This document shows positions 21,866 to 29,049 of a stretch of 64,000 nt of DNA, in pieces. The position numbers were made by a program, and so were the translations under genes. The stretch lies in contig CAINNF010000010.1 of assembly GCA_903851045.1 (NCBI GenBank), positions 1,258 through 65,257 of the forward strand, written 5' to 3'. The notes below the pieces were generated by a model. The model was not told where the DNA came from. It searched no databases and saw nothing but the letters and a program-made list of their open reading frames with translations. How positions within the stretch are numbered: the stretch's first letter is position 1; each line of letters begins with the position of its first letter. The stretch comes from Candidatus Adlerbacteria bacterium. GTDB lineage: Bacteria > Patescibacteriota > Minisyncoccia > Phycocordibacterales > SBAW01.

Positions 21866-22648
21866 ATGGACGGTAGCAATTCGAATCAGGGGAATCAAAA
21901 TAATCAGAATCAGGGTAAGCAGAACGCTCAGCAGCACAATCAAAACCAGGCAAAGCCCGCTTTGTCGTGGTCTCAACCTGCAACAAGTTCGAACACCACA
22001 CCGAACAAGCCAGCTCTCAAAGCGACCGAACCAGTCGACCTGCAAGATGACTCGACTGGCCGAGTCATCGGCATCATCGTCGGGGTCATCATCGTCTTCG
22101 CTCTTATCGCGTGGGGCATAGTAACGCTACACAAGAACTCTGGAACAAGCGATGTATCGACAACCACGAGCGAAGCTCTAACGGGCGACGAGGCATCGAC
22201 CAGTGAGACCGCTCAGGCGGACACGCAGACGGCACCACAAACACCTGCTGCCACAGAAACTACCGAGTCAACCGCACCTGCCGCTGCGGCAACGACCGAA
22301 CCAGCAGCCACTGCCCCGGCAGGAAGCGCTTCCTTTACCGTCCCTGCCACTCAGGATGCGGGTTCACAGGTGGCGGTCACGGATTTATTGCTCAGCGCAC
22401 CGACATGGATCATCGTCTACGAAAGTGCCGATGGTTCCACCCCGGGACGTATCTTGGGAGCTGGTCTGTTCTTTGCTGGTGACAAAACCGGTACCGTATC
22501 ACTGCTGCGAGCGACCGTCTCGGGCAAGACGTATCTCGTGAGTGCTGCGCTCGACAATGGTAACAAGTCCTTCGTCAAGGCGGATGAAAAATACGTCATA
22601 GACGCGACCACGGGCACGCAGGTGTGGATGAAGTTCAAGACCCGCTAA
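21866..22648 (+). CDS. single-pass membrane protein with a Q/N-rich N-terminus and a Thr/Ala-rich linker
   Basis: Start set at the ATG at 21866 (MDGSNSNQGNQNNQNQGKQNAQQHNQNQ...), after the upstream stop. One TM helix (VIGIIVGVIIVFALIAWGIV); T/A/E-rich low complexity; a beta-rich C-terminal domain. The ORF-track start at 21737 overlaps the previous gene. Confidence 0.5.
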   Translation: MDGSNSNQGNQNNQNQGKQNAQQHNQNQAKPALSWSQPATSSNTTPNKPALKATEPVDLQDDSTGRVIGIIVGVIIVFALIAWGIVTLHKNSGTSDVSTTTSEALTGDEASTSETAQADTQTAPQTPAATETTESTAPAAAATTEPAATAPAGSASFTVPATQDAGSQVAVTDLLLSAPTWIIVYESADGSTPGRILGAGLFFAGDKTGTVSLLRATVSGKTYLVSAALDNGNKSFVKADEKYVIDATTGTQVWMKFKTR

Positions 22649-22664
22649 GGTATGATAAGGGGGT

Positions 22665-23141
22665 ATGCACCCCGAACTCTCTGTACCGCTCAGCTCCGTT
22701 GAGTTCGCTTTCACAGCGCGCTTGATAGTCGCAGTGGTCCTAGGAGCTCTGATGGGGATCAATCGCTCCCTCTTCGGAAAACATGCCGGCATGCGAACGT
22801 ACGCACTAGTCTCTTTAGGCTCGTGCGTTTTCGCTATCGTTGGCACGCTCGCCAGCTATGAACTATCCGCCTTCAACGGCATCAACCCCCTCCAAATAGC
22901 GGCATCGGTCGTGGTGGGGATCGGCTTTATCGGCAGCGGCCTTGCCGCGTTCCGCGGTGAGCATCCGATTGAACTCACCACAGCGTCCGGCATATGGGTG
23001 GTGGCAGCGGTCGGGATGGCGTGCGGCTACGGACTCTTCATCCTTGCGATCGCCTGTACGCTACTGGGTATCCTTATTTTCTCGCTGCTGTCGCATACCG
23101 AGCGGTGGTTACAAGACGTGTGGGGAGAAGAGCCTAACTAG
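22665..23141 (+). CDS. mgtC: MgtC/SapB family membrane protein
   Basis: LIVAVVLGALMGINRSLFGKHAGMRTYALVSLGSCVFAIV matches the MgtC N-terminal domain; 158 aa. Confidence 0.8.
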   Translation: MHPELSVPLSSVEFAFTARLIVAVVLGALMGINRSLFGKHAGMRTYALVSLGSCVFAIVGTLASYELSAFNGINPLQIAASVVVGIGFIGSGLAAFRGEHPIELTTASGIWVVAAVGMACGYGLFILAIACTLLGILIFSLLSHTERWLQDVWGEEPN

Positions 23142-23200
23142 CGCTCCTTCGCACTGTCGATGGTTTTGCGATACAATGACGGTCACACAGCAACACCGTC

Positions 23201-24076
23201 ATGAGCTCATACTACAAACCACACAGAAATCCTGGCTGGAATTACGGGGGAAGAGAATGGCGCCTTTCACGCTCCAAGATCGACCTGTTTTTGGAATGCG
23301 CCCGTTGTTTCTACATCGACAACAAACTCGGTACCGCACGTCCACCGGGCTTCCCCTTCAACCTCAACTCGGCGGTTGACGAGCTTTTGAAGAAAGAATT
23401 CGATACACACCGTGCTGCCGGGACGCAACATCCGCTCGCGGCGGCCTACGGAGTGGACGCGGTGCCGCTCAACGACCCACGCATGGACGAGTGGCGTGAT
23501 GCGCTCAAACGCGGCATTCAGTACTATCACAAACCCACCGGCATGACGGTGCGCGGCGGCGTCGACGATGTGTGGCAAGACAAAGAGGGGAGACTTATCA
23601 TCGTCGACTACAAGGCAACGAGCAAAGATGGCAAGATCGAGTCGCTCGACGAAGAGTGGCATCGCGGCTATAAGCGTCAGATCGAGGTGTACCAGTGGCT
23701 CTTTCGACAAAACGGATTCCAAGTCCTTGATCTGGGGTATTGGGTCTATGCGAACGCCAGCAAAGACAGAGCAGCGTTCGATGGCAAGCTGGAGTTCGAG
23801 GTCACGCTCGTGCCGTATGTCGGTACTACCGACTGGGTCGAACCAACCCTCTTCGAACTCAAAAAGTGTTTGGATAGCAAGGAACTCCCGCCCGCTGCGA
23901 CCGACTGCGACTACTGTACCTACCGCAGAGCGGTCGAGGAGTCGCTCACCAAAGCCGGACTCGTCATGTCCTCGCACACTCCTACAATCGAACCGCAACC
24001 GGTTAAGAAAGAGGTGATTCGGCCGAAAGTAGCACAAAAAGAAGAACCCCACGAGGCGACCGGGCAGTTGTTCTAA
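23201..24076 (+). CDS. PD-(D/E)XK nuclease of the RecB/Cas4-like family (stand-alone)
   Basis: GVDDV...IIVDYKATSK (D...(D/E)xK) and a QIEVYQW (QhxxY) motif. Cys pairs lie at the N-terminus (CARCFY) and C-terminus (CDYCTY), as in Cas4/AddB Fe-S nucleases. No cas genes or CRISPR array nearby. Confidence 0.7.
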   Translation: MSSYYKPHRNPGWNYGGREWRLSRSKIDLFLECARCFYIDNKLGTARPPGFPFNLNSAVDELLKKEFDTHRAAGTQHPLAAAYGVDAVPLNDPRMDEWRDALKRGIQYYHKPTGMTVRGGVDDVWQDKEGRLIIVDYKATSKDGKIESLDEEWHRGYKRQIEVYQWLFRQNGFQVLDLGYWVYANASKDRAAFDGKLEFEVTLVPYVGTTDWVEPTLFELKKCLDSKELPPAATDCDYCTYRRAVEESLTKAGLVMSSHTPTIEPQPVKKEVIRPKVAQKEEPHEATGQLF

Positions 24077-24085
24077 ATAAAAAAA

Positions 24086-24106
24086 AGAGACCTGGTAAGG
24101 GTCTCT
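24086..24106. terminator. intrinsic terminator, mainly for a minus-strand transcript
   Basis: agagacc-tggtaag-ggtctct perfect 7-bp stem, preceded on the + strand by A6 and therefore followed on the minus strand by U6+. Confidence 0.6.
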
Positions 24107-24117
24107 AAAAGAACGAG

Positions 24118-24190
24118 TGGTCGGGGTGAGTGGATTCGAACCACCGGCCTCCGCGCCCTGAGCGCGACGCTCTACCACGACTCTCCCTGA
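24118..24190 (-). ncRNA. tRNA-like element (pseudo-tRNA or tRNA 3' fragment; anticodon-loop-like CAG)
   Basis: The minus strand reads ...GTGGTAGAGCG-TCGCG-CTCAGGG-CGCGG-AGGCC-GGTGG-TTCGAAT-CCACT-CACCCCG-A-CCA. The anticodon arm, 5-nt variable loop, T arm, 3' acceptor strand, discriminator and encoded CCA are all canonical. The 5' acceptor strand (CAGGGAG) and D-stem 5' strand do not pair, with only 5 of 7 acceptor pairs. Confidence 0.4.
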
Positions 24191-24334
24191 TCAGGATCCA
24201 GTGTGTCGAGTATCCATTGCTGCTGCAGCGAACAACAGACCTTTCAGGCACACCGAGAAGTCCTCATCGATCGAGCCTCTGAGCTACACCCTCGATACTT
24301 GCGGCAGAATATCAAGATATCATAGAATGTCAAC

Positions 24335-24673
24335 ATGCATGAAATTATGTGGGCAGATTTTGAGAAGGTGGAACTGCGCGTAGGGACGATTATCCAGGTT
24401 GAGGATTTCCCTGAGGCTCGCAAGCCAGCGTATAAATTGACAATTGATTTCGGCCCGGAGATAGGCATGAGGCGTTCGAGCGCACAGATTACTGCTCACT
24501 ATTCGAAAGAAGATTTGCTGCACAAACAGGTTGTTTGTGTTGTGAACTTTCCACCGAAGCAGATTGGCCCGTTTATATCGGAGTGTCTCACAACCGGCTT
24601 CGCCGACTCTGACGGCAACGTCGTCCTCGCCCAACCAGAGCGGCTCGTACCTAATGGATCAAAGATGTATTAA
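24335..24673 (+). CDS. csaA: tRNA-binding protein CsaA (EMAP/Trbp111-type tRNA-binding domain)
   Basis: [31 protein letters not shown]...[18 protein letters not shown] matches the tRNA_bind domain; 112 aa. Confidence 0.8.
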   Translation: MHEIMWADFEKVELRVGTIIQVEDFPEARKPAYKLTIDFGPEIGMRRSSAQITAHYSKEDLLHKQVVCVVNFPPKQIGPFISECLTTGFADSDGNVVLAQPERLVPNGSKMY

Positions 24674-24681
24674 ATACATAC

Positions 24682-25152
24682 ATGAAAGAAGTCACACTGC
24701 TTTTCCTTATTAAGCCCGATTCGCGCGAGATATTGCTCGCAATGAAGAAGCGTGGATTTGGCGAAGGGAAGTTTAATGGCACCGGCGGCAAGGTTGAAGC
24801 TACAGAAACGTCAAAACAGGCTACTGTACGAGAAGCGAAAGAGGAGATTGGTGTCGATGTGAGCGAGGACGATCTTGTTGAAGTAGCCGATATTACTTTT
24901 TTGTTCGAGAACAAACCTGATTGGAGCTTCCACTGTATCGCGTACACGACGACCCACTGGGAAGGCGAACCTTCAGAGAGCGAAGAGATGGCGCCGCAGT
25001 GGTTCTCATTCGACGAGATACCTTATGAGCGCATGTGGGTCGACGACAAATATTGGTTACCGCAAGTCCTCGAGAGCAAGAAGCTTAATGCAATATTCCA
25101 CTTTTCTGAAGATGCGAACGCGGTGCTGAGCCAAAAAATAACCGATCGTTAA
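24682..25152 (+). CDS. NUDIX hydrolase (MutT-like)
   Basis: Nudix box GGKVEATETSKQATVREAKEEIGVDV (GX5EX7REUXEEXGU). Confidence 0.8.
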   Translation: MKEVTLLFLIKPDSREILLAMKKRGFGEGKFNGTGGKVEATETSKQATVREAKEEIGVDVSEDDLVEVADITFLFENKPDWSFHCIAYTTTHWEGEPSESEEMAPQWFSFDEIPYERMWVDDKYWLPQVLESKKLNAIFHFSEDANAVLSQKITDR

Positions 25153-25158
25153 AAGTAA

Positions 25159-25179
25159 CGCAGTCAGACTGCGTTAGAT
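25159..25179. terminator. stem-loop between convergent NUDIX genes (bidirectional terminator candidate)
   Basis: aacgcagt-cag-actgcgtt, an 8-bp perfect stem. Confidence 0.45.
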
Positions 25180-25180
25180 A

Positions 25181-25618
25181 CTAGCTACTACTTTCCATCT
25201 CCGAAAAAGCGACGCCTTGTTCGATGAATGGGAGTGCGGCTGCAACTTCCTCGACAACGTTGGCACCCAACTCGGCAAGTGTCGCCCAACGGAGGTCGCC
25301 TATCTTTTCGGGTTCATTATTGACTGGCTCACCTTGCCACTGAGCAGCAACAAAGAAGTACTCAACTAGAACATCTTCACGGTACAGCACGTGCGCGAAC
25401 TGTAGGTCGATAGGTGCGATAGTGACGCCAACCTCCTCCTGTGCCTCGCGAACCATCGCCTCGGTCGGCAACTCGCCCGGGTCGACGTGCCCCGCGGGTA
25501 AGCTATAGAAGCCGTTGCGGTAGTCGGTGTTCTTGCGCTGGACGAACAGATACTTGCCATCCCGTTGCAACACGAGATACACCGCCACGCGCACCTTCAG
25601 CCGCTCTGCCATCGTCAT
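25181..25618 (-). CDS. NUDIX hydrolase
   Basis: Nudix box GHVDPGELPTEAMVREAQEEVGV. The ORF runs to 25687, but MTMAERLKVRVAVYLVLQ (ATG at 25618 or 25612) is the likelier start. Confidence 0.75.
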   Translation of the reverse strand: MTMAERLKVRVAVYLVLQRDGKYLFVQRKNTDYRNGFYSLPAGHVDPGELPTEAMVREAQEEVGVTIAPIDLQFAHVLYREDVLVEYFFVAAQWQGEPVNNEPEKIGDLRWATLAELGANVVEEVAAALPFIEQGVAFSEMESSS

Positions 25619-25624
25619 GCCGCT

Positions 25625-25653
25625 AGTGTACCACACGCCCCTTGTGGTACACT
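25625..25653. promoter_or_regulatory. perfect 10-bp inverted repeat with a 9-bp spacer (operator-like) in a divergent intergenic region
   Basis: agtgtaccac-acgcccctt-gtggtacact, ending 6 nt before the ATG of the small ORF at 25660. Confidence 0.5.
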
Positions 25654-25659
25654 GTAGAT

Positions 25660-25845
25660 ATGACCGCGAACACGCTTCAAACACCACAAGAGCTCGTTGG
25701 TTCGGTACGTCGTTTTGGCAATAACGGCGTCTTGTACGAGGTGCTTCGTCAGATAGACGACTCCTCCGTACTCATCCATGTGCTTGAGACCGGAGAAGAG
25801 ACTACGTATCCTATAGCTGAGGCCTTGGGCGACCCTAACGAATAA
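25660..25845 (+). CDS. small protein (61 aa) immediately upstream of vapD-like gene; candidate cognate partner or antitoxin
   Basis: ATG at 25660, in frame with the ORF-track entry that starts at TTG 25642. It lies 3 nt upstream of the VapD-like gene with the palindromic operator just before it. No family recognised. Confidence 0.4.
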   Translation: MTANTLQTPQELVGSVRRFGNNGVLYEVLRQIDDSSVLIHVLETGEETTYPIAEALGDPNE

Positions 25846-25848
25846 TCT

Positions 25849-26127
25849 ATGTTTGCTATCACGTTTGACTTGGTGGTTTCCGAGACGAGCGAGCATCACC
25901 CAAAAGGCATCACGCAGGCATATAACGATATCGCCGCAGTGCTCGGGCGCTTTGGTTTTGAGCGCATCCAGGGCAGCGTCTATGTCACAAAGTCAGAGGA
26001 CATGGCAAATCTCTTCCAAGCCATCATTGCACTAAAAGAGCTCGGGTGGTTCGCCCCGTCGGTACGCGATATTCGCGCCTTCCGTATCGAGCAGTGGTCT
26101 GATTTTACCACCGTCATAAAAAGCTAA
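25849..26127 (+). CDS. vapD: VapD-family endoribonuclease (Cas2-like fold)
   Basis: MFAITFDL...GFERIQGSVYV...WFAPSVRDIRAFRIEQWSDFT closely follows the VapD pattern (MYAIAFDL...GFEWTQGSVYV...SVRDIRAFKVTDFSDFT); 92 aa. Confidence 0.75.
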   Translation: MFAITFDLVVSETSEHHPKGITQAYNDIAAVLGRFGFERIQGSVYVTKSEDMANLFQAIIALKELGWFAPSVRDIRAFRIEQWSDFTTVIKS

Positions 26128-26835
26128 ATGGAGGTAAAGATTGACGAATCTTGGAAACGACGGCTGGCGGAAGAGTTTAAGCAGCCTTACTTCAAGGAGC
26201 TTTCGGATTTTGTCCACAAGGAGTACCAAGATGAGGTCGTGTATCCGCCGCCAAAATATATCTTCCGCGCTTTTGACCTCTGCCCATTCGAGGCAGTCGA
26301 GGTCGTGATACTTGGCCAGGACCCGTACCATGGTCCGAGGCAGGCGAATGGACTTTGTTTCGCGGTCGATGAGACGGTGCCGCTCCCACCATCGCTCCAG
26401 AATATCTTCAAAGAGATCGAGAGTGAGTATTCATCTAAAACGAAAGAGTTGGACCAAAAAAGCGGCGTGCCCTTCGAAGCTTCAGCGAAGAAGGGAGATT
26501 TGAGCCGCTGGGCGACGCAGGGTGTCCTCCTGCTTAACGCGACACTCACCGTGCGCGCACGGCTCGCTGGTTCGCACCAGGGGAAGGGATGGGAGCAACT
26601 CACGGACGCCGCGGTAGCTGCGCTTTCCAGTGAGCGCGAGCATCTGGTCTTTATGTTGTGGGGCAATTACGCGAAGCGAAAAGGAGAACATATCGACCGC
26701 ACCAAACACCTGGTACTCGAAGCAGCACATCCATCACCCTTCTCCGCCCACAATGGGTTCTTCGGCTGTGGACATTTCAAAAAAGCGAACGAGTATCTGG
26801 TCGCACACGGCAAAAAACCTGTCGAGTGGCGATGA
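26128..26835 (+). CDS. ung: uracil-DNA glycosylase (family 1)
   Basis: GQDPYH water-activating loop, LLLN, and HPSP(L/F)S motifs; 235 aa. Confidence 0.9.
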   Translation: MEVKIDESWKRRLAEEFKQPYFKELSDFVHKEYQDEVVYPPPKYIFRAFDLCPFEAVEVVILGQDPYHGPRQANGLCFAVDETVPLPPSLQNIFKEIESEYSSKTKELDQKSGVPFEASAKKGDLSRWATQGVLLLNATLTVRARLAGSHQGKGWEQLTDAAVAALSSEREHLVFMLWGNYAKRKGEHIDRTKHLVLEAAHPSPFSAHNGFFGCGHFKKANEYLVAHGKKPVEWR

Positions 26836-26865
26836 GGTGTTCATTCATCATGCCAACTTACACCA

Positions 26866-26908
26866 ACTTCCTTGTTCCATGTATGTAACGGTCGTTACAG
26901 ATATGGAA
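26866..26908. terminator. imperfect long hairpin between convergent ung and the M13 peptidase gene
   Basis: gttccat...gtaacg-gt-cgttac...atggaac nested stems. Confidence 0.35.
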
Positions 26909-26958
26909 CAGGAGCATACCACCCATTCCGAAGGAAGCGGTCGTTGTGGGAGGTCAAA

Positions 26959-28938
26959 CTACCAGATCTTCGCGCGGTGTTTTGGTTCGCGGTAGAGTTG
27001 GTCGCCCTTGTTGACGTCGAACGCTTTGTAAAACTCGGTGAGATTCGAAACCGGACCATTGACCCGGTTCGGGCCGGCGGAGTGTGGGTCGATGGCAGCC
27101 AGCATCTTCAAGAATTGCGGACGGGCCACCTCCTGTTCCGCTTGTGCGAACCCGAGGAAAAAGCGCTGTTCGGGCGTGAAACCGTCGATGGTCTTTCGTC
27201 CTGTCCTGCGGAGTCGCATCATATAGGCATCGAACGCAATGGATGCACCACCAAGATCGGCGATATTCTCTCCAAGCGTCAATTTCCCGTTCGCCTTCAC
27301 CCCATCGACGACCTCGTACTTGTTGAATTGTTCCACCAAGACCTCCGCCTTTTTAGTGAAATGGTTCTTGTCCGCCGTACTCCACCACGAACGCATGTTA
27401 CCCTTGGCGTCGAACTTCGAACCCTGGTCGTCGAACCCGTGGGAGATCTCGTGACCGATAACCGCGCCGATACCACCATAGTTGACCGCATCATCCGCGC
27501 TCGCGCCGAAGAACGGCGGCTGGAGTATCGCGGCAGGGAAGACGACCTCGTTCAGATTGAACTGACAATACGCGTTCACGGTCTGGGGCGTCATCAACCA
27601 CTCTTTTCGATCCACTGGCTTGCGCAGACGACGCATGGCCTTCGCGTGCTGGTACTCGTGGCTGCGCGTGAAGTTGCCGAAGAAATCGTCAGGACGGATG
27701 TCGACACCTTTGTATGCATCGAACTTCGATGGATAGCCGATCTTGCAGTTCATCGCGCGTAGCTTGCCGATCGCCTTCTTCTTGGTCGCAGGTGTCATCC
27801 AGTCCAAGTTCCTGATACGCGCCTCGTACGCATCGAAGAGGTCGTCGACGAGCACCTGCATACGGCGCTTCGCCTCGCGAGTGAAGTGCTTCTGTACATA
27901 TATCTTGCCGAGCATCTCGCCGAGCGTCCCGTTGACCGCGCCGAGCGACCGGCGCCACAGTGCACGCATCTGTGTACTACCGGTCAGGGTCCTGCTATAA
28001 AAATCAAAACTTGTTTTGACGAATCTCTCCGAGAGAATCGGTGCCGACTCGTTGATAAGGTGCCACTCCAAGTATGTTTTCCAATCGTCGAGACTAATAT
28101 CCTCGAGCATGCGCCCGACCTCCTTAAAGAAGTCCGGCTGCGCGACGATAAACTCGGTGATGCCGCTCACGCCCAGATGCTTGAAATACTCCTTCCACGC
28201 CATCTGCGGAACTTCCCTTTGGAAGGCGGCAGGCGTACGCTTGTGGTAGGTCTTCTCCGCATCGCGCATGTCCTCCTTCACCATCGACGCTTTCGCGAGA
28301 CGCGTCTCGATCCTCAGCACCACGTCGCGCGCGCGAGCAGCGACCGCTGGCGTCATACCCGAGAGCATGAGGATCTTTTTCACATATTTGATATACGCCT
28401 CGCGCACGCGCACCTGCTCGGCGGCGTTGCTGAGGTAATACTCACGCTCCGGCATGCCGATACCATCCTGTGTGAGATGAAGGAGATACTTCGAACTGTT
28501 CTTCGCGTCCTGGTCGATATAGAACTCCCACGGCACTGCGACCCCATAGTGGTGCAAACGACCAATCATCGATAGCAGTTCGTCGTGTGTCGAGATGGCA
28601 CGCACATCGCGGATCCATGGCGCAAGCGGCTTCACACCGAGCGCGTTGCGACGCGGCATATCCATCGCAGAACGGTACATGTCCGCTATGCGCTGCTCGT
28701 CTGAACCTTTTTTCGGCGACTTTTTGTCACACATGTCAAGTACTATGGCGTGGAGCTGATGCTCGGTGTTGTAGCGCAAGATATTGAAAGATCCCCACCG
28801 CGATTCGTCTGCCGGAATGGTGTGCTTCTTGATCCACCCACCATTGGCATAGTGGTAGAAGTCGTCCTGTGGACGGATCGAAGGATCTATGTTCTTTGGG
28901 TCAAACCCCCAGCCGACCTTGTGAGATGTTTTTTGCAT
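26959..28938 (-). CDS. pepO: M13-family zinc metallopeptidase (PepO/neprilysin-like endopeptidase), no signal peptide
   Basis: HEISHGFD (HExxH) plus a downstream E and the GENIAD motif; 659 aa. A TTGTCA-17-TACTAT promoter sits just upstream on the minus strand. Confidence 0.9.
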   Translation of the reverse strand: MQKTSHKVGWGFDPKNIDPSIRPQDDFYHYANGGWIKKHTIPADESRWGSFNILRYNTEHQLHAIVLDMCDKKSPKKGSDEQRIADMYRSAMDMPRRNALGVKPLAPWIRDVRAISTHDELLSMIGRLHHYGVAVPWEFYIDQDAKNSSKYLLHLTQDGIGMPEREYYLSNAAEQVRVREAYIKYVKKILMLSGMTPAVAARARDVVLRIETRLAKASMVKEDMRDAEKTYHKRTPAAFQREVPQMAWKEYFKHLGVSGITEFIVAQPDFFKEVGRMLEDISLDDWKTYLEWHLINESAPILSERFVKTSFDFYSRTLTGSTQMRALWRRSLGAVNGTLGEMLGKIYVQKHFTREAKRRMQVLVDDLFDAYEARIRNLDWMTPATKKKAIGKLRAMNCKIGYPSKFDAYKGVDIRPDDFFGNFTRSHEYQHAKAMRRLRKPVDRKEWLMTPQTVNAYCQFNLNEVVFPAAILQPPFFGASADDAVNYGGIGAVIGHEISHGFDDQGSKFDAKGNMRSWWSTADKNHFTKKAEVLVEQFNKYEVVDGVKANGKLTLGENIADLGGASIAFDAYMMRLRRTGRKTIDGFTPEQRFFLGFAQAEQEVARPQFLKMLAAIDPHSAGPNRVNGPVSNLTEFYKAFDVNKGDQLYREPKHRAKIW

Positions 28939-28982
28939 ATCGTTGCACTGGTCTTACCAGATAGTACCTCGGATGTAAAAGG

Positions 28983-29012
28983 TTGACAAAGTCACATGCA
29001 CATGTGTATTTT
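28983..29012 (+). promoter_or_regulatory. promoter-like TTGACA-17/18-TATTTT containing the palindrome CACATG-CA-CATGTG; its -35 overlaps face-to-face with the -35 of the divergent pepO promoter
   Basis: TTGACA at 28983-28988; palindrome at 28994-29007; GGGAGG at 29036-29041, 8 nt before the GTG at 29050. Confidence 0.4.
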
Positions 29013-29049
29013 AGTGTTGGACTGAACTTCGAAACAGGGAGGACACAGT

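Noticed and set aside
24118-24540. tmRNA (ssrA) interpretation of the T-arm/acceptor/CCA sequence at 24118-24150
   Set aside because: A tmRNA needs ~350 nt upstream on the same strand and a 5' CGGGGUG-like acceptor strand. That space is occupied by the well-supported csaA gene, and no complementary 5' strand exists nearby.
20986-26127. Calling the whole 21-26 kb region a horizontally acquired genomic island
   Set aside because: There is no integrase, transposase or flanking direct repeat, and no obvious GC shift by eye. Only the tRNA-like fragment hints at integration, so the region is reported as a candidate, not a called mobile element.
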